A stretch of 64,000 nt of DNA from the NCBI GenBank assembly GCA_002269645.1, contig NIVC01000260.1:496001-560000 (forward strand), in the 5' to 3' direction. Below the pieces are notes generated by a model. That model searched no databases. It saw only the letters and a program-made list of their open reading frames with translations, and was not told the DNA's origin. The stretch comes from Macrostomum lignano. Lineage: Eukaryota. Each line of letters opens with the position of its first letter. The stretch's first letter is position 1. Positions 59,331 to 64,000 of this stretch are shown one piece after another. A program made the position numbers and the translations under genes.

Positions 59331-60279
59331 ACTAATGCAGCACTCTATCGCCGCGACAACCTGACCTAATTTGCGCCATTGACGACCCCCATCTGGCAGG
59401 GGATACATCATCCGCGCCGAGTTGTGCTGCACACAGCTTGTGTGTAGCTACAATCCTTGGGCGATTATGCCTTTCAGTTCAATTAGACTCAGATCGAAAT
59501 GGAAACGTATGCACGCAGTTCGTACATATATGCATAGCATTATAAGTAGAATTTAAAAGGGAGTTTCAAGCGAAAGCTATATCGACTTAAGTGGACTTTA
59601 GCGGAATTAGTAGGCCTAGGGCCTTATAAAGGCTATCCAAATGACCGGATATATACTCGCCTCTCCCGAAGAGGCCTACCCCACTGATGAGAGGGTTTCT
59701 CTTGTCCTTGTCGATCGAATTTTCCCTCCTGGGTGCCGAATTTCGCCTGCACTTACAGTGCTAATTGAGCTCTTATTTCTAAGCCGTATTCGTGCCCTAT
59801 GTAGAATCAATCAACAGTACTATTAGCACGCCTATTTCTTCAAGGCTGCTCTAATTGTACGAGTATTACTATTTTCTAATTTTGATTACTTCCCAGCAAA
59901 AAGGTTGCCAAAATCAAACTCGGAGTAAAGCTCTGGGTCTTATGATCGTATGCGATTATGAGAGATTCTTATTAAGATAAGTTCATTAACATAAATAGCG
60001 GAGTGTCGTCAAGGTGTTAATAGAATGGTTCTCGCGCGAGCTTAAAGATATAACTTATAACATCAGTAATCAGTAAGTAACACGTAGAATCAGCAATGTT
60101 TTACCCGTAACTTGGCGTATATACTAATTATAATAAAAAATATCTGAGTCTGATCAAAGTCTTGAATTTGAATCGATCTCTCCGCCTTGGTCTACATGAA
60201 TGCTGCCTCCTTCCTTCAGTTACTCGTACACTCCCTTTTCTAAGCATTTGGAACCGCAGAAATCCAGCTCGGAGACGCG

Positions 60280-60815
60280 GTGCATGCGGCAACTGCGGGA
60301 GGGCCGGGTACGCCACCAACGCCTAAGAGTGTCCAGTGAATAAAAAGCCTGTCACTTCAAATCCTGCTACCGACAACGCCAGGTACGCACCGTCAAGAAG
60401 GACGACGAGGAGCCATTCAAAGTATCTTCAGTACAATTTTAAACGTCGCCCCTTTAGCTTCGTGGTTTGCAGCATCGCGCCAACATCGATATCCGCCTCC
60501 TATTGAACACGGGCTCAAAAGTCAACATCATCAACGAGAAGACCGTGAAGCGCCTGCCAATGAGACCGGTCATCGCGCCGACTCCGAAGCAGCTGTTGTC
60601 GTACACAGGCTCTGCAATTTACGATGCTCAGGACGGCAGAGCTGGACGTTGTGCTGCCCGCCGCTTCTTCATCACACGGCCCGGGTACCAACATCCTCGG
60701 TTGGACAGCATGAGACAAGCTGGAGTTCTCAATCCGAGTCAACGCGATTAGCGACATGGTTGATATCGCCGGAGAGTTCCCGAAGATCTTCAACCTCATC
60801 GGTCATCGGGCCAAG
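60280..60815 (+). mobile_element. Degenerate Gypsy gag knuckle and protease remnant
   Basis: CGNCGRAGYATNA*ECP; IRLLLNTGSKVNIINE...LLSYTGSAI (catalytic D changed to N); EFPKIF. Confidence 0.7.
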
Positions 60816-61434
60816 TTTCTGGGGGGGGGGGGTTGTTGTGCATTCGGCTTACACACCGCTTATAGTTCTCGCGATCTGATTGGCTGGGGGTGTCTGTCTG
60901 TTTAGACAGGCCTAGGCTGGGCGGAGGTTAGGGTGTTTGCTAAATTATGCTAGTTACGTTCGAAATTTAAACATAAGTGCGCACCGACCTTCCAATACTC
61001 ATATGAGCTCTCTACCCAGCAATCGCTTCTTGCGTATCCATGTTATTTGGCTCACGCTGCCTCAAATTACAACATTAAGGTTAAAATTTCCTTCAACATG
61101 TTTAAATTTTAGTCTGAGCAGGCCGTGTTATCTTTGACAAGCGAAGCAAAGCTACAGCCTAATTTACGTGATGAAAACGGAGTTTGTACATGGAAAGTCC
61201 TGTCTGCAACTTTTAACACGGGACCGTTCCTTTGTTAAACAGCATCTACGCGGAAAAGGCCCTTTTGCCGATGAAGCTTGCGATAAACTAGTAAAATTAT
61301 CTTTTTCGTCAAGAAATGTTTCAACTTGAACGATTGCAGACCTCGAGCCTCCGTCTATATATACAGTACATGCACTGAATCCGCTTCTGGGACAAATTTT
61401 AGTGGCAAAAATTACAACTTAAGTCAGGATCAAA

Positions 61435-63560
61435 ATGTCAAATACAACTCCTGTCGATTCGGGTAAGTAATTATTTCTAGGTTCCATTCAGCAATTCTGA
61501 ATATTCAATGTAAACTTTAAACTTTAACTTTAAACTTTTCAGATCAGTTGGAAAGAATATTAAAGGTGCTGAATGAGGCACAGAGTATTTTACGCTTGTA
61601 CGCGGCCCCGGTAATCAGTGTCCTGGCCTTCCTAGGAGCCGGGTTCGTCTTTTATTGCGCAATTCGTTCCTGGCGAAATATAAAAGGCAAAGATCTGATG
61701 CTGCTTGTCATAACAATGGCCGACTTTACGACGGTTTTTTGTTCGTAAGTTTTTTGCTCGATACACTTAACTATGATATTGATTAGGTGCAGATTTTTTC
61801 GGGATGTATTTTTTACCATAGTCATAAAACACAGAGATTGAACTTTTATGCTTCCGGGTTGTATTTTATGTATTCTCGCGACAACAAAACAACACAGTCT
61901 GTCTGTTCCGGGTCTACGACGTTTGCCTGCGGGACGTTTGCCAGCCGACGTTTGCCTGCGGGACGTTTGCCAGCCGACATTTGCCAGCCGACGTTTGCCA
62001 GCCGACGTTTGCCAGCGGGACGTTTGCCAGCCGAAGTTTGCCTGCCGGACGTTTGCCTGCGGGACGTTTGCCAGCCGACGTTTGCCAGCCGACGGTTGCC
62101 AGCCGACATTTGCCAGCCGACGTTTGCCAGCGGGACGTTTGCCAGTCGGACGTTTGCCTGCCGGACGTTTGCCAGCCGACGTTTGCCAGCCGACGTTTGC
62201 CTGCCGGAAGTTTGCCAGCCAAAATTTGCTAGCCAGTCAGTGAAAAATTTGATACTGAAACATTCGCAGTTTAGCGGTTTGACAAAAACCATTTTTACTC
62301 CAACTTTTTGACGGTTATTCGCATATATACAAGTTTGAAAGCAAAATCTATAAATTATGAAATTTATGCAAAATCTATATAAATTATGCAATTTATATAG
62401 ATTTACATCTAATATCCAGTTTAACGATTTTCTTTGAATGTGAAAATATTGTTTACTTTTGACAATTGCGTATCGTTTTTCCCAGTTTGAGATGTTTGAT
62501 TTTTGATGTGCGAAAGAAGACGCGCAGATTACAACGGGAATCTCCAGCGATTAAGTTATGAGGCAAACAAAAAGAGCTGCTGAGCGGTAATTCTGGCTCA
62601 TATATTTCTCAGTTCATGGGGAGATCCAAAAGTAAGCAAATTGATTCCAATGCTGTTGTATTACTACTCAAGTAAGCCAGGAAACCGCGATCTCAACGTA
62701 CATGTGTAGACGAGTCGAATGCGGTACGTTTTTATAGTAAGCTATATAGCTGAATAGCCAGACAAGCCGCCAGTAGCAAGCTAGTAGAATAGCAAGCGCT
62801 AGACACTACGTATGCAAAGCTTAGTCACGCCAAGGACTACTAAAGTAGAAGTACGCAGCACTCGAAATCTATGAAAAATGTTTTGAAGGCCATAGGGAGA
62901 TAGGAAGTTTTCATCTTTTCAGCACAACAATTGTTATTGCTTTCACATGAGGCAAACCCAATGTTCATCTTTTGATATGTTGTGCCAAAATCGTTGTTAA
63001 ACTAGATATTAGACGTTAGACTGATGAACTGCATAATTTATATATTTTGCTTTCAAACTTGTATACATGCGAATAACCGTCAAAAAGTTGGAGTAAAACG
63101 GTTTTTGTCAAACCGCTAAACTGCGAATATTTCAGTATCAAATTTTTCACTGACTGACTTTATATTGGCTAGCAAATTTTGGCTGGCAAACTTCCGGCAG
63201 GCAAACGTCGGCTGGCAAAAGTCGGCTGGCAAACGTCCCGCAGGCAAACGTCCGGCAGGCAAACTTCGGCTGGCAAACGTCCCGCTGGCAAACGTCGGCT
63301 GGCAAACGTCGGCTGGCGAATGTCGGCTGGCAAACGTCCCGCAGGCAAACGTCGGCTGGTAAACGTCCGGCAGGCAAACTTCGGCTGGCAAACGTCCCAC
63401 TGGCAAACGTCGGCTGGCAAACGTCGGCTGGCAAACGTCGGCTGGCAAACGTCCCGCAGGCAAACGTCGGCTGGCAAACGTCCCGCAGGCAAACGTCGCT
63501 ATCCCGTCTGTTCCATAATTTGCTGTTCTTCTACACCAGGTTGATAGAGATGGAGTTGCG
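61435..63560 (+). pseudogene. Rhodopsin-like GPCR gene (N-terminus, TM1-TM3), interrupted by a transposon
   Basis: Exon 1 61435-61462 (MSNTTPVDS, N-glycosylation site), exon 2 61543-61744 (YAAPVISVLAFLGAGFVFY; LMLLVITMADF) with canonical GTAAGT donors and matching phases. The probable exon 3 (ELLCFRVVFYV) is split by the 61910-63505 insertion. No DRY or later helices were seen. Confidence 0.55.
61910..63505. mobile_element. Non-autonomous Mutator/Foldback-type element, 1596 bp
   Basis: 9-bp TSD GTCTGTTCC (61901-61909, 63506-63514). GGG...CCC termini. About 450-bp TIRs made of a 14-15-bp GACGTTTGCC(A/T)GC array plus about 140 bp of unique sequence. Non-coding centre of about 670 bp. Confidence 0.93.
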
Positions 63561-64000
63561 CACGACGCTTAGATCCCAGAAGCTAAGGATCGAGAAGTAA
63601 TGAATCGAGCAGTGACCTCATTGATAAAACTTGTCTATGGTGAATAAGACCTCAATATTTCAATTAATTTTTTTTCATTTCTATCTTTTATCTTCTGCAG
63701 TACTAGGTACTAAAGTACTGCAGTACCTACTACACCCCGGAAATCTTCTATTTTTTACCTATAAATTTGCGGGTTGTATAGTTTTATCGCCACAAACGCA
63801 GGAGTTTAAGAGAGATGTAACAGATGTAAGACAGATGTAACACCCCAAAATTCTATGCTATATCAGTGAAATCAGGCCATCTAAGACAGCTATTCAATTT
63901 ACTACTTGTTTTGCAAATCTGACATACGGTGTTCATCTGACTCTGCCTCACGTGAGCAACACTTGGGTCTGCCGGCTCTATGCCTACTTCTGGATACTCA

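Noticed and set aside
61787-63544. ASRRLPA / GKRRLANV ORFs on both strands
   Set aside because: Translations of the TIR tandem arrays.

Overview
Eukaryotic (metazoan invertebrate) genomic DNA: short GT-AG introns, TTAGGG tracts and many minisatellites. A free-living flatworm such as Macrostomum is my guess from style only. There is no sign of prokaryotic features, CRISPR arrays, rRNA or true tRNA genes. (1) 1-32 kb is a TE-riddled, locally duplicated block. It holds three paralogous genes encoding signal peptide + single C-terminal EGF, with the EGF motif split by a phase-2 intron between Cys4 and Cys5 as in EGFR/ErbB ligands; all three look damaged. It also holds three copies of an unexplained TATA-led unit, a full-length Mag-like Ty3/Gypsy element (identical 222-bp LTRs, CGAAT TSD, broken ORF), LINE, SINE and Gypsy remnants, a hidden THAP exon and a 38-bp perfect palindrome with an 8-bp TSD. 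(2) 35-56.5 kb is one large minus-strand gene with an RIIa (Sp17-like) docking domain, two IQ motifs, very large repeat-built phase-0 exons and a GAP-43-like alternative N-terminus. Its introns carry satellites and a tandem Helitron-like element with a captured 176-bp copy of nearby DNA. (3) 59-64 kb has LINE and Gypsy remnants and a GPCR-like gene interrupted by a Mutator/Foldback-type element (about 450-bp TIRs, 9-bp TSD). All alignments and counts were done by eye.
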